From Desulfosudaceae bacterium (GTDB taxonomy: Bacteria > Desulfobacterota > Desulfobacteria > Desulfobacterales > Desulfosudaceae): 64,000 nt of DNA. How positions within the stretch are numbered: position 1 is the first letter of the stretch; each line of letters starts with the position of its first letter. The stretch lies in assembly GCA_963674745.2 (NCBI GenBank), contig CAXXDV010000001.1:32001-96000 (forward strand). The letters are read 5' to 3'. Of this stretch, positions 18,249 to 27,914 are shown in pieces. A model generated the notes under the pieces. It was not told where the DNA came from and did no database searches. It worked only from the letters and a program-made list of their open reading frames with translations. The position numbers and the translations under genes were made by a program.

Positions 18249-19226
18249 TTATCCCTGCGCGTTTTTCTCCAGTTCATCCAGCTTTTCCGGCTCCGAAACC
18301 GTAATATCCACCAGCGCCTTGGGAATCGAGCTCTGCTCACACATCACCCGGATCTCCTTTTCCTGGTCGCTGAATTCCAGGATTTCACGTATGGACTCGA
18401 TGTACTCGAGCATCTTGTCTCCGGGGATATCTTCCAGCGCCGGCCCCTCTGCCTCGGCCTTCTTCCGCGCGGCTTCTTCTTCGGCCAGTCGCTGCTTTTC
18501 TTTGAGCTCCTCTTCCATGGCTTTTTGGGCGGCATCAATGGCATCCTGGCCTACCTGGGCCATATCGAAAATCAATTCTTGCGAAACGTTATTCTCGATA
18601 AGAAACTTGACCTTCTCCTCGTCGGATTTATCGGCTACCTTTTCAAGGAGATTTTGGACTCTCTTACGTTCGGCAAGCTCCTGCTTGATCATTTCTTTTA
18701 CCTGGGCCAGTTTCTCTTCAGTAATTTCCAGGGCACTGATGATATTTTTTTCTTTCACTTTTTCCGCAATAAGGTAACGAATACCCTCATCTCCGGACAT
18801 GGTTTTGGCTTTGGCAACCATCAGATCAAGCCGGGCCTTTTCCACCATTTTGATCACATCCGGCCGGCGGTGGGAACGCTTGATCTTCGGCCAGGTTGCG
18901 ACAAGGTCATCAAGAAGTTTTGTGGTCGCCGTGTAGGCAGCGGTCATATCCTCGAGCGTCAATGCCCCCAAAGCTTCGTTCAAATCTTTCAGCAGGGGCC
19001 GGCCGACGCTACGCATGTCACTGACAGCCCACCGCAATTCAAGCAGATTGCCTCCCAGGCGCGAAACATTGTAACCCGTCCCGTCAAGGTCAGCGGCCAT
19101 TCGCTGGATTGTTGCTTCCAGGTTTTCGGCTTCAACATCCTGAGCGTCAAGCTCAAGGATTTTTTCCTCAATCAACAGCCAGAGCGGTTTTTGCTCCATG
19201 GTTTCACTTGTCGTCATTGTTTCCAT
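18249..19226 (-). CDS. Hypothetical charged helical protein
   Basis: 325 aa, AGGAG RBS, E/K-rich, with its own terminator. Confidence 0.8.
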   Translation of the reverse strand: METMTTSETMEQKPLWLLIEEKILELDAQDVEAENLEATIQRMAADLDGTGYNVSRLGGNLLELRWAVSDMRSVGRPLLKDLNEALGALTLEDMTAAYTATTKLLDDLVATWPKIKRSHRRPDVIKMVEKARLDLMVAKAKTMSGDEGIRYLIAEKVKEKNIISALEITEEKLAQVKEMIKQELAERKRVQNLLEKVADKSDEEKVKFLIENNVSQELIFDMAQVGQDAIDAAQKAMEEELKEKQRLAEEEAARKKAEAEGPALEDIPGDKMLEYIESIREILEFSDQEKEIRVMCEQSSIPKALVDITVSEPEKLDELEKNAQG

Positions 19227-19483
19227 CTCCTTTTTGATAATTTAAATCAATACCCCATACGCTCGATGGCTTTTTTATAACCATGTTTTTAAATCCACGC
19301 GGGGATAAAAAAATCAACCTCTTTTTTTACAAAGACTATAAAGAAGGGCTTCTGCGAGTCAATAAAAAAGCTCACGATCCGACCAATCCGAACCGGATAT
19401 TTCATGAATCGATCCTGGTGTTTGTGCCTGTAAAAATATCGTATCCAGGTAAAATCCGTTTTTGTGAAGAAGAATACGTGGTC

Positions 19484-19813
19484 TTATTTTTTAATCAGAG
19501 GCATTTTTAAGGTAATATGTGTCTCGTTTTGCCACGGCCACAGCATGGCAAGAACGATGTATTCGCCGAAATCTTTTAGATATAAGGCCTGGCCCTTTCT
19601 GACGCCGCCAAAGGCCTTTGATATTTCCAGGTGGTCTTCGGACGGGTCCGCATCAAAAGGGTTTACCACCGGGCCCAGAAACTCCGTAAGCAGGTTATCC
19701 CATTTTTCAAAATGGTTTTTAAAGAAAACAAGCTCCAGATAGTCCTCCATCAGATAACGTCTGTCAAAGACCTCGAGAGAATCGAATTGCACATATATGT
19801 CAGATAATTTCAT
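19484..19813 (-). CDS. Hypothetical protein
   Basis: 109 aa, GG(V)RKGQ.LY and AMLWPWQ..HITLK pattern. Confidence 0.7.
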   Translation of the reverse strand: MKLSDIYVQFDSLEVFDRRYLMEDYLELVFFKNHFEKWDNLLTEFLGPVVNPFDADPSEDHLEISKAFGGVRKGQALYLKDFGEYIVLAMLWPWQNETHITLKMPLIKK

Positions 19814-20058
19814 AAAGGATATCCCGAATTACAGTTCTCAGTTCAATAAGTAGACTATAGCAGAATAACACTCAGGCTGATAAAAATCAATTTGGAATCG
19901 ACAGGGTGTGTTATCAAAGGCACGGATAAAACCAGGAATAACCGCCGGAGTAACATCCCGGTAAAGGTGATGGTTTGTGTTTTGACAAAATGGCTTAAGT
20001 ACAATAAAACATTCTTAAACATCATTATAATAAGCCGAATTAAAAGAACCGAAATAAC

Positions 20059-20217
20059 ATGGCACACAACACGATTAAATCGAGTTATTCAAAATTGGTG
20101 GCCAGGCTGAACCGGTTTCCCCAGGGCGCACCACCATCAGATTTGTTGTACACAATATTAAAAATGAAAGGGTTGCGGACCAGCCGGCATTGCGGCAAAA
20201 AAAAGGAAAAAGTATGA
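20059..20217 (+). pseudogene. Truncated N-terminus of a 4Fe-4S binding protein (52 codons)
   Basis: MAHNTIKSSYSKLVARLNRFPQGAPPSDLLYTILKM resembles the N-terminus of the 9952 protein (YRELQERLDLFSIGFPPAPSGVEITILKRL). Its stop overlaps ATG 20214. Confidence 0.65.
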
Positions 20218-21062
20218 TAAATGCCCAAGCAGTAAAAGAAATGATTAAAGGTGAAGGTATTGACCTGGTGGGTATCGCGAATGCCGGGACCCTGATCCTG
20301 GCCTATCCGCCCCGGCCGGCCACAGGGCTGATGCCGACCGCCAAAAGCGTGATTGTCATGGCCGTAGCCCACAGCCTGGGCGCTGTGTATTCCCCGGACA
20401 TCATGCTCTGGACCCGCAGCAAAATGCAGACCTCGCGGATACTTGATCAGACGGCTGAAAAAGTCGGCCGATGGTTCGAGACAGAAGGATTTCTGACCCT
20501 GCCGGTTTCATCCGACAAGCCGGTTGAAATTCACAAAAGAGATCCGAGGACCGGAAAAAAATTTCCCCAGACAAAAGTGGTGGGCCATCTTTCCCACAAA
20601 CACGCGGCCGTCAGCTGCGGGATGGGGGAAATCGGGGCCAACAACCTCCTGCTGACGCCCGAGTTCGGCCCGCATCAGCGGCTGTGCGCCATTATCACCG
20701 AAGCCCCCCTGGATGCCGATCCGCCGCGGGAGTTGAATTTGTGCAAAAAATGCGGCAAGTGCGCCAAAGCCTGCCCGTCCGGCGCCTTAAAAGACGGTAA
20801 ATATGATGTCGACCCCTGCTTCAACTACTGGACCTATGGTTTCAAACGTCCCCTGCCCAGAAAACTGGGAGACATCCCGGGATTTTTAAAAATGCTGGCC
20901 AGCCACAACAAACACCGGGACATCCTGATTGAATCCGGCCAGTCCTATATTACGGATGTGGACAACTGCATCGAATGCATGCGGGCCTGCCCGGTGGGCA
21001 GTCACTGGAAAACCATCCGGCCGAAGCAGATGGCCCCCCAGAAATCCGGCGGAACAGACTGA
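20214..21062 (+). CDS. QueG/reductive dehalogenase-like cobamide Fe-S protein (paralogue 4)
   Basis: SHKHAAVSCGMGEIG..LLTPEFGP, CKKCGKCAKACP and CIECMRACP motifs. Confidence 0.88.
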   Translation: MINAQAVKEMIKGEGIDLVGIANAGTLILAYPPRPATGLMPTAKSVIVMAVAHSLGAVYSPDIMLWTRSKMQTSRILDQTAEKVGRWFETEGFLTLPVSSDKPVEIHKRDPRTGKKFPQTKVVGHLSHKHAAVSCGMGEIGANNLLLTPEFGPHQRLCAIITEAPLDADPPRELNLCKKCGKCAKACPSGALKDGKYDVDPCFNYWTYGFKRPLPRKLGDIPGFLKMLASHNKHRDILIESGQSYITDVDNCIECMRACPVGSHWKTIRPKQMAPQKSGGTD

Positions 21063-21101
21063 TGCAGATGCCTTTTGAGGGTAAAACGATATTTCAAGGC
21101 G

Positions 21102-22079
21102 TCAGTTATTCAACGAGAAAATCTCAAATGCTTTTTTTTCATACCAGCATGAAAAAGGAACGCTGTTAATAAAACCGTTGTGGCCGCCGTACTTATGAAT
21201 GATAAGGTCGGTAATCTCATTTAACGTCAACCGGTGAAAATCGTCAATGGGTATGATGGGGTCATCCTCGGAAACGATCAGGGTAGTGGGAACCGGAATA
21301 TCCATTAAATAATCCCCGGTAACCCGGTAGCCATTAAGATATTCAAGGGTATCGCCATAATTGCTGTACCTTTCAAGCAGCAGATCCGTCAGTATTCTGA
21401 CTGACGGGGCTTTCAGCAAATCGTCAAAATGGTATAGATCCGGAAACAATTTTTCTTTTATCGCCAGGGAGCGCTTCCACTTTTTTAAAAAATACCCTCT
21501 TATCAGTTTATTGTTATCAATGACCGCTGTTGACGCGGCCGGATTGAGCCCGGGGCTGACGGCAATGATATGCTTTAAATTATCAATTTTCTCCGAGGCG
21601 CATCTTCTGGCGATACGGAGCGCGAAATTGCCGCCCAGAGAAAACCCGACAATAAAAGCCGGTTTGTTGTTTTCCATGGCCGCGGCCTGCTTGACCGAGT
21701 TGAAAACTTCATCAAGAATGATGGCAAAAAAGACACCCTCATTGAGATGGTGGCTTTCCCCATGGTCACGATAGTGAAGCCTGAAGATGGAGTAGCCCTT
21801 GCGGTACAAATATTTCCCGGTGCTTAAAATATAGGCTGAACGGGCGCTTCCTTCCCAGCCGTGAAGCAGGACAACAATTCCCAGGCATGGTTTTTCTGTC
21901 TGGCGCGACAAAAAGCCCTGCAGCCTTATGCCATTACCGGCCTCAAGGATGACCTCCTTTTCCGCTTTTACCATGGGGTTTTTGCCGAGGGTCCTGATCT
22001 TATTACTGGCCAGAACTGTCTGCAGATATCTGTTTTTCAAATATCCGGGAGGATTGAAGGTATAACTGTCATTTTTCAT
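21102..22079 (-). CDS. Alpha/beta hydrolase (YheT-like esterase)
   Basis: HGWEGS, GFSLGG, DDPII and GGHNGF catalytic triad motifs. Confidence 0.9.
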   Translation of the reverse strand: MKNDSYTFNPPGYLKNRYLQTVLASNKIRTLGKNPMVKAEKEVILEAGNGIRLQGFLSRQTEKPCLGIVVLLHGWEGSARSAYILSTGKYLYRKGYSIFRLHYRDHGESHHLNEGVFFAIILDEVFNSVKQAAAMENNKPAFIVGFSLGGNFALRIARRCASEKIDNLKHIIAVSPGLNPAASTAVIDNNKLIRGYFLKKWKRSLAIKEKLFPDLYHFDDLLKAPSVRILTDLLLERYSNYGDTLEYLNGYRVTGDYLMDIPVPTTLIVSEDDPIIPIDDFHRLTLNEITDLIIHKYGGHNGFINSVPFSCWYEKKAFEIFSLNN

Positions 22080-22543
22080 GATTGTGTAAAAAACATGCTC
22101 AGCACTTCAGCGACACAGGCCGGTTTTTCTTCTCCCTCAATCTCTACCGTGTGTCTGGTTTTAACCAGAATTCTGCCTCCGGCTTTTTCCACTACATCCG
22201 CCAGTTCGATGCGGTCTCTGATTTTCGCATCCGATTTAACCGGATTGATGAGCCTTAATTTATCCATCCCGTAATTAACCGCCATTATCACGCCCTCCGG
22301 GATAACGGTATATTGCGCCGCGAAATAGGACAAAAGAGAGACGGTCAGATAACCGTGGGCAATGGTCTGTCCGAAAGGGCCGTTTTTTGCCGCCTCTTTA
22401 TCCACGTGTATCCACTGATGATCCAAGGTACAGTCGGCAAAAGTGTCTATGCGCTCCTGGTCCATCTGGAACCAGTCGGTTACGCCAAGCTCGCTTCCAA
22501 TCTGTTCTTTCATCTTTTCTAATGATAAAACCTGAACGGCCAT
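22076..22543 (-). CDS. MaoC family dehydratase
   Basis: FADCTLDHQWIHVD, PFGQTIAHG and NYG motifs. Confidence 0.93.
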   Translation of the reverse strand: MAVQVLSLEKMKEQIGSELGVTDWFQMDQERIDTFADCTLDHQWIHVDKEAAKNGPFGQTIAHGYLTVSLLSYFAAQYTVIPEGVIMAVNYGMDKLRLINPVKSDAKIRDRIELADVVEKAGGRILVKTRHTVEIEGEEKPACVAEVLSMFFTQS

Positions 22544-22631
22544 TATTCGCCTCCTGGTAACATGGTTTATGGTTTATTTTTTCATTGCATCATAGCTGTC
22601 CGGTGTCACGATTTCCTCTTCCCGATTTATT

Positions 22632-23183
22632 TCACTTTAACCTCTTATGGACTTTATCTGTAGAGACAAACTGGTCAGCCGGGCCGGACAATGTAAACGG
22701 CAACGGTTTCATCCGTTCCTTTTTCGTAAAGCCCCATGTACCGACGCCAAGATAAAGGTTGTCGTTGATCTTCCGGATTTCGTCCACCATGTTAATAAAA
22801 CCCAGCAATGATTTATAGGCCGTATAATCCAACTGAAAAACGGGCTTGCCATCAAAACGCGAACTAACAATAGCTGTTTTCATGGGGTATTTCCGGACGA
22901 TTCTGCCGGATTTCCTGAACGAGTTGTACCCGTGCCCTTCGGTTTCAGACAGAGGTTCAAAGCTTTTGCATAACCAGACGCCATCAAAAAATGACGTTTG
23001 CATGACAAATTGTGCCTGAAGGTTTTTTAACAGGCTGCCGTGGTCAGTTAAATTCGCCCGGTATTCTCCATGCATTTCTGTAAAGGCCGGTGCGGGCAGT
23101 GCTTTAAAGAGTTCCATCACCCGAACAAGTTTTAAACCCAGTATCTTCTGCACGGTCCATTCGGTCATGTTCCGCTCCTTCAT
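22632..23183 (-). CDS. Hypothetical protein
   Basis: 183 aa within the operon. SRFDGKP..LDY and MVDEIRK..LYLG pattern. Start may be the second Met. Confidence 0.75.
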   Translation of the reverse strand: MKERNMTEWTVQKILGLKLVRVMELFKALPAPAFTEMHGEYRANLTDHGSLLKNLQAQFVMQTSFFDGVWLCKSFEPLSETEGHGYNSFRKSGRIVRKYPMKTAIVSSRFDGKPVFQLDYTAYKSLLGFINMVDEIRKINDNLYLGVGTWGFTKKERMKPLPFTLSGPADQFVSTDKVHKRLK

Positions 23184-23204
23184 ATAATAGATGAGACAAG
23201 CACT

Positions 23205-24044
23205 CTAATCTTTATTCCACATTATCTTAGGTTTATTTCGTAAGGGCATGCGATAATATTTTACATCGGGATAGCCGACCATAAGCGCGCCGTAGCACCT
23301 GTTTTTTTCCGGAATGCCCAGCGCTTCCCTTAATGGCTGCCACTTTATCGTTGATAAGATCATGCCATTCCAGCAGGACCCGATCCCCATGACCGGCGCG
23401 GCCAGCTCCACATAGGCCAGGGCGGTAGCGCAATCTGTCGGATACAGGGCCGAAAACGGGGAAGCCCCGTGTTCAACATGGGTGATGATCAGGTGGGGCG
23501 CGTTCCGTGTGATCACATCGATGCCCATGTCCCAGGCGCCCACAAACATACCCAGGGATTTGTTTGCGGGAGAATCCGGATTCTGCGCGATCGCCTCCCG
23601 CATGGAATCAATCGCCAGGCCGGCACATCTTTTGACGTTGTCGACACCGCTGACGACAAGCCACTGCACCTCCTGGCCATTATGCGCCGTGGGCGCGTAG
23701 TGAGCCAGTTCGATCAGTTTTTCAAGGTCCTGTTGAGGGATCACCTGATCTTTAAACTGGCGTACGGACCGCCTTGTCCTGAACAATTGCTCAACCTGAT
23801 CCACGCCCACCTTAAGTTCTTTTTTTATCGGGGGGCAGGCTTCCACCGGCATCTGCTCATGGGAAATAGCGCCATGGGGACAGACGGCCACACAGTGTCC
23901 GCAATGAATACATACTTTTTCAGCGCCGGGATTTACGGCCGGGACAGCGTCAGGGCCTGCCTGAAAAATCAGCATAAAAGGGCATTCCCGTACGCACAAT
24001 CCGTCGCGCGTGCATTTTTCTTCATTAAAGGTCAACAGGGCCAT
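23205..24044 (-). CDS. Nitroreductase family protein with N-terminal ferredoxin domain
   Basis: Start MALLTF at 24044. CTRDGLCVRECP, CIHCGHCVAVCP, RRSVRQF and APTAHN motifs. Confidence 0.9.
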   Translation of the reverse strand: MALLTFNEEKCTRDGLCVRECPFMLIFQAGPDAVPAVNPGAEKVCIHCGHCVAVCPHGAISHEQMPVEACPPIKKELKVGVDQVEQLFRTRRSVRQFKDQVIPQQDLEKLIELAHYAPTAHNGQEVQWLVVSGVDNVKRCAGLAIDSMREAIAQNPDSPANKSLGMFVGAWDMGIDVITRNAPHLIITHVEHGASPFSALYPTDCATALAYVELAAPVMGIGSCWNGMILSTIKWQPLREALGIPEKNRCYGALMVGYPDVKYYRMPLRNKPKIMWNKD

Positions 24045-24067
24045 TGGTTTTCCTTTCCCGTTATAGT

Positions 24068-25414
24068 TTACCCGTTTGAAGGGCCTTCCAGTATATTCAT
24101 GACAATGGCGGCTTCGCCGGTGCCGATCCAGCCCCCGCCGTTTTCGATCATGGCCAGCCGGGCGCCTTCCACCTGGCGTTTTCCGGCTTCGCCGGTCAGC
24201 TGGTAATAACATTCCGCCAGCATGGCCAGGCCGCTGGCGCCGATGGGATGGCCGCGGGACAAAAGACCGCCGCTGGTGTTAACCGGGGTTTTCCCGCCAA
24301 TTTTTGTGGCACCGGATGCCGCAAACGGACCGCCTTCTCCCCGGGGACAGAACCCGAGGTTTTCGGTCTGGACCAGCTCACCAAAAGAGGTGGCATCATG
24401 GACTTCAGCCAGATCGATGTCTTCCGGCCCCACCCCGGCCATGTCATAGGCCTGCCGGGCCAGTTCCGCCGCCCGCTCCTCACCGGGGCGGGTCATAGAA
24501 GCGGCCCCCAGCACGGTCGCCCGGATCTTCACCGGCCTGGCGCCGGTCAATTTTTTCAGATAATCCCCGGAAACGAGTATGGCCGCAGCGGCACCGTCGC
24601 CAATGGGAGCGCACATGGCCCGCGTCAGCGGATAAGAGACATCGTCATCATCCATTACCTGCTGCGGCGTCATTTCAAAACGGTACTGGGCCTTGGGATT
24701 CAGGGCGCCGTTATTATGGCTCTTGGCCGCGATAATGGCCAGGTGTTCCTGGGTGGTGCCGTATTTTTCCATATGCGCCCGGGTGGCAAGCGAGTAAAAG
24801 TCCATAAAGGCGCTGCGGTTTTCGCGTGTTTTTTTCTTTTGACCGGTCGTTTTTTCAATCTCCGCTCTCTTTTTCTCCGCCTGGGCTTTAATCGCGTCGA
24901 TCAACATTCTGGTGACCTCCACATCCGTTCCCGAGATAAATCCCGCCAGCGATTTTTTCTGAAGGAATTTGAGCATCTCTTCCTCGGATTTGCCCTGGGC
25001 TTTGGCCAGGTTGGCATACATCTCCGGCAATCCGTCTGAAGGCACGGCCTTGGGCACCGCCATCTTCTCTACACCGACGGCCAGGGCGATATCATACATG
25101 CCGGAAGCAATCCCTAAAAACGCGCCGTGGACGGCACATGAACCGGAAGCGCAGGCATTTTCCACATTCATAATGGGAATCTGCTCGATCCCGGAAGGTG
25201 CCAGGGCCACCTGTCCCCGGATACAGTGCTGGTCGTAGGGTGGGAAGCCCCACCCGGTATTTGAAAACCAGGCCGCCTGCAGTTCTTTTTTTTCAACAGG
25301 GCTGTTGTCAAAAAGATCCGCCAGAGCCCAGCCGGCCAATTGCTTCACCCCTTTATCAAAATGTTTGCCAAAGGGAATCATGCCAACCGATACGATATAT
25401 ACATCTCTCATCAC
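24068..25414 (-). CDS. SCP2-type thiolase family protein
   Basis: NVENACASGS, EVHDA, NTSGGLLSRGHPIGASG and ENGGG motifs. Confidence 0.93.
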   Translation of the reverse strand: MMRDVYIVSVGMIPFGKHFDKGVKQLAGWALADLFDNSPVEKKELQAAWFSNTGWGFPPYDQHCIRGQVALAPSGIEQIPIMNVENACASGSCAVHGAFLGIASGMYDIALAVGVEKMAVPKAVPSDGLPEMYANLAKAQGKSEEEMLKFLQKKSLAGFISGTDVEVTRMLIDAIKAQAEKKRAEIEKTTGQKKKTRENRSAFMDFYSLATRAHMEKYGTTQEHLAIIAAKSHNNGALNPKAQYRFEMTPQQVMDDDDVSYPLTRAMCAPIGDGAAAAILVSGDYLKKLTGARPVKIRATVLGAASMTRPGEERAAELARQAYDMAGVGPEDIDLAEVHDATSFGELVQTENLGFCPRGEGGPFAASGATKIGGKTPVNTSGGLLSRGHPIGASGLAMLAECYYQLTGEAGKRQVEGARLAMIENGGGWIGTGEAAIVMNILEGPSNG

Positions 25415-25483
25415 TTACTCCTTTTCGAATTCAACAGCCATGGCGTTACCGCCTATTGTTCAGGCCAATTATTCCGGATAACC

Positions 25484-25807
25484 CTAAAATGTTCTCGGCA
25501 TGGATGGCTTGCCCCGGTCCAGATACCGGAAGGCCTTTTTAAACTCCAGAAACTTTGTAATTTCGATTGCATCCTCCGGGCAGATGGCCACGCAGTCACC
25601 GCAGGCGATACAGGCCGCCATTCCTTCCACCATCCGTGATTTAGTATCAACCATCTCAAGGGCGGCGGCGGCACAGGCCGCGACGCACAATTTGCATCCC
25701 TTGCATTTTTCCGGATCGATCCTGACTTCACCCAGTAGTATATGGTCGCCGATTCTGTTATAACTCTCAATCGTTATTCTATCAGATAATTTCATAAACT
25801 CAGGCAT
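25484..25807 (-). CDS. 2[4Fe-4S] ferredoxin
   Basis: CKGCKLCVAAC and CIACGDCVAICP motifs. Confidence 0.88.
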   Translation of the reverse strand: MPEFMKLSDRITIESYNRIGDHILLGEVRIDPEKCKGCKLCVAACAAAALEMVDTKSRMVEGMAACIACGDCVAICPEDAIEITKFLEFKKAFRYLDRGKPSMPRTF

Positions 25808-25818
25808 ATTTGTCCCTC

Positions 25819-26565
25819 CTAATACTTAATAGAGAAAACCCCATTCTCGTCATACCAGTCAATGGCCTGGGTTTCCCGTTCCACATAACCGTCCGGCACG
25901 CCCAGGGGATAGCCGATGCCGATGGATTCGGCCAGCTTGTAAGGGTATCGGATACCCAGCCGTTTTTTCCATTTGGGCATCATGGCCAGAAACTCGACAA
26001 AACCCACCCAACAGGTCCCCAGACCGAAGCTGTGCGCCGCCAGCACCATGTTCTGGCCGGCAATGCCCACATCCACCAGGGGTTTTCCCGGGGACCGCCT
26101 GTCGTACAGGATGATGATAACCGTTGTGGCGCCATGCCACAGCCCCAGATCACCTTCGGCAATGGCTTTAACTGCCGCAAACGGAATGGGATGCAGGCTG
26201 TTGGGCATCATCCGCTGCCAGAACCGGGCCATCGGGCCCTTGATTTTTTTCCCGGGTTCCGTATAGTCAAGCATTTTAGTCGCCCGCTGACAGGACTTGA
26301 CCACGTCATCGGTCATCTCTTCAACCATCTTCGGATCCTGCACGACAATAAATTTCCAGGTCTGGGCATTGCCGGCCGAAGGCGCGTACCGGCCGGTCTC
26401 CAGAATCCGCCTGACAAGGTACTCGGGCACGGGCTTGTTTTTATAGGCCCGCACACTTCGCCGGCGGTAGATAACATCTTCCACAGCATTAAACGGCGCC
26501 CCGGACTCCGGCGGTGTGATTCGGCCTTTTTCTTCCGGCGCGTTTTCGTTTTCCTGCATCATCAT
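25819..26565 (-). CDS. Nitroreductase family protein
   Basis: RRRSVRAY, APSAGNAQ and GLGTCWVG motifs. GGGGG RBS before ATG at 26565. Confidence 0.9.
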   Translation of the reverse strand: MMMQENENAPEEKGRITPPESGAPFNAVEDVIYRRRSVRAYKNKPVPEYLVRRILETGRYAPSAGNAQTWKFIVVQDPKMVEEMTDDVVKSCQRATKMLDYTEPGKKIKGPMARFWQRMMPNSLHPIPFAAVKAIAEGDLGLWHGATTVIIILYDRRSPGKPLVDVGIAGQNMVLAAHSFGLGTCWVGFVEFLAMMPKWKKRLGIRYPYKLAESIGIGYPLGVPDGYVERETQAIDWYDENGVFSIKY

Positions 26566-26752
26566 CTTTCCCCCTTGTTTTTCATGACACTTACTGTCCC
26601 GGACAAACAGATACACAGATGATACCTGAAATATTCATAACCTGCCCTGCTTTTTTAATTTTGAACGCTTCTTACCATCCCGACAATTATCATCGTTAAT
26701 GGTTATAAAAGATACCGTAACCTTGATCGCTGAGGTTGCCTGACGAATATGT

Positions 26753-27070
26753 TTATTCTGCGCCGGCATATTGTACGCCGCATCCGTATCGCTCCTCATC
26801 CCCTGCCTCTAACCCCGTACACCACTTTACTTTCATCAGCCGCTGTTTCCAGGTGCCGGAGATTATCAGGTCAACAACCACCTTATCGTCTGTTCTGACC
26901 ACAATAAAATCGCCGGCCTCCAAAGGATCGGACAACTCAAAATACATGCCGCCCAGACTGAAATTACGCATCGAAGTATAAGAAAACTTCAGCGGCTTGC
27001 CGCCTAATACCAAAACAGGAACATCACATTGAAACCGGGGATACGCCCGCCGTGCTTCTTGTTTCTCCAT
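26753..27070 (-). CDS. PilZ domain protein
   Basis: RRAYPR (RxxxR) and NFSLGG (D/NxSxxG) c-di-GMP motifs. Confidence 0.85.
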   Translation of the reverse strand: MEKQEARRAYPRFQCDVPVLVLGGKPLKFSYTSMRNFSLGGMYFELSDPLEAGDFIVVRTDDKVVVDLIISGTWKQRLMKVKWCTGLEAGDEERYGCGVQYAGAE

Positions 27071-27200
27071 TCAAAAATCCCCTTTATTTTTTTTAAGACC
27101 GGTCCCTTGAATCCGATATTTTTCAAAGGTCCGGCCGCAATGGTTTAATCACACCCGATTTTCTGGAAATATTTATTTCCAAAAACTTTATCAAAAAAGA

Positions 27201-27229
27201 TTGACTTTGGCAAGAGTTTTTGCCAAATT
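27201..27229 (+). promoter_or_regulatory. Probable tetR promoter with overlapping inverted-repeat operator
   Basis: TTGACT at 27201-27206. TTTGGCAA-N6-TTGCCAAA at 27206-27227. Confidence 0.55.
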
Positions 27230-27234
27230 TTTTT

Positions 27235-27897
27235 ATGGTCAAAAAAAGGTATAAGCCCACAAGACAATACGCCGGCATCGATGCCGATCAACGACGTAAA
27301 GAACGACGGGAAAAGCTCGTTGACGCCGGTCTGGAAGCCTTCGGCACCATGGGATTCGGCCAGACAACCATTACCCAGATCTGCCGGCTGGCCAAATTAA
27401 ACGAGCGCTATTATTATGAATCGTTTAAAAAAAAGGATGACCTGCTGTGCGCGGTGTTCCGCCGCTTAATCAACGAATTGGAGTCGGAGGTTCAGGAAAT
27501 CATTAAAACACCCGGCATAACGCCTGAAAATGCCGTCTTTCAGTCCATAAAACATTTCTACCTTCGCTTTTTAAAAGATCCCCGCCGGGCCCGGGTTCAG
27601 CTGTTTGAGGTGCTTGGCGTCAGCCCGAAGGTAGACAAAGAATACCAGGGATCCATGCAGACCCTGGCCCACTGGGTTGAAGTCAGCTGCTGGGCGTTTT
27701 TCCCGGACATTGACCGTAAATGGCTGGCCAGATCGATTCTCCCCACCACCACGGCCGGCGGCATTGTCTGGGTTGCCCACAAGTGGGTCCTGGAAGGGTT
27801 TAAAACACCGGTAGATACGATTGTCGCCCAGGCAATGGACATGTTTATCGTCCTGGGCAACCATTATCAGGATGGAAAAAACAGGCTGCGAATATAG
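27235..27897 (+). CDS. TetR/AcrR family transcriptional regulator
   Basis: YAGIDADQRRKERREKLVDAGLEAFG...ERYYYESF HTH. Confidence 0.92.
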   Translation: MVKKRYKPTRQYAGIDADQRRKERREKLVDAGLEAFGTMGFGQTTITQICRLAKLNERYYYESFKKKDDLLCAVFRRLINELESEVQEIIKTPGITPENAVFQSIKHFYLRFLKDPRRARVQLFEVLGVSPKVDKEYQGSMQTLAHWVEVSCWAFFPDIDRKWLARSILPTTTAGGIVWVAHKWVLEGFKTPVDTIVAQAMDMFIVLGNHYQDGKNRLRI

Positions 27898-27914
27898 CGT
27901 GTAAAGAAGGTGTC

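Noticed and set aside
19855..20110. Short ORFs 19855-20067 (-) and 19892-20110 (+)
   Set aside because: AT-rich intergenic DNA with no RBS or recognisable motif.
5730..21062. Assigning queG or rdhA gene symbols
   Set aside because: Superfamily motifs only. There is no Tat signal or RdhB, and four divergent copies argue against simple orthology.
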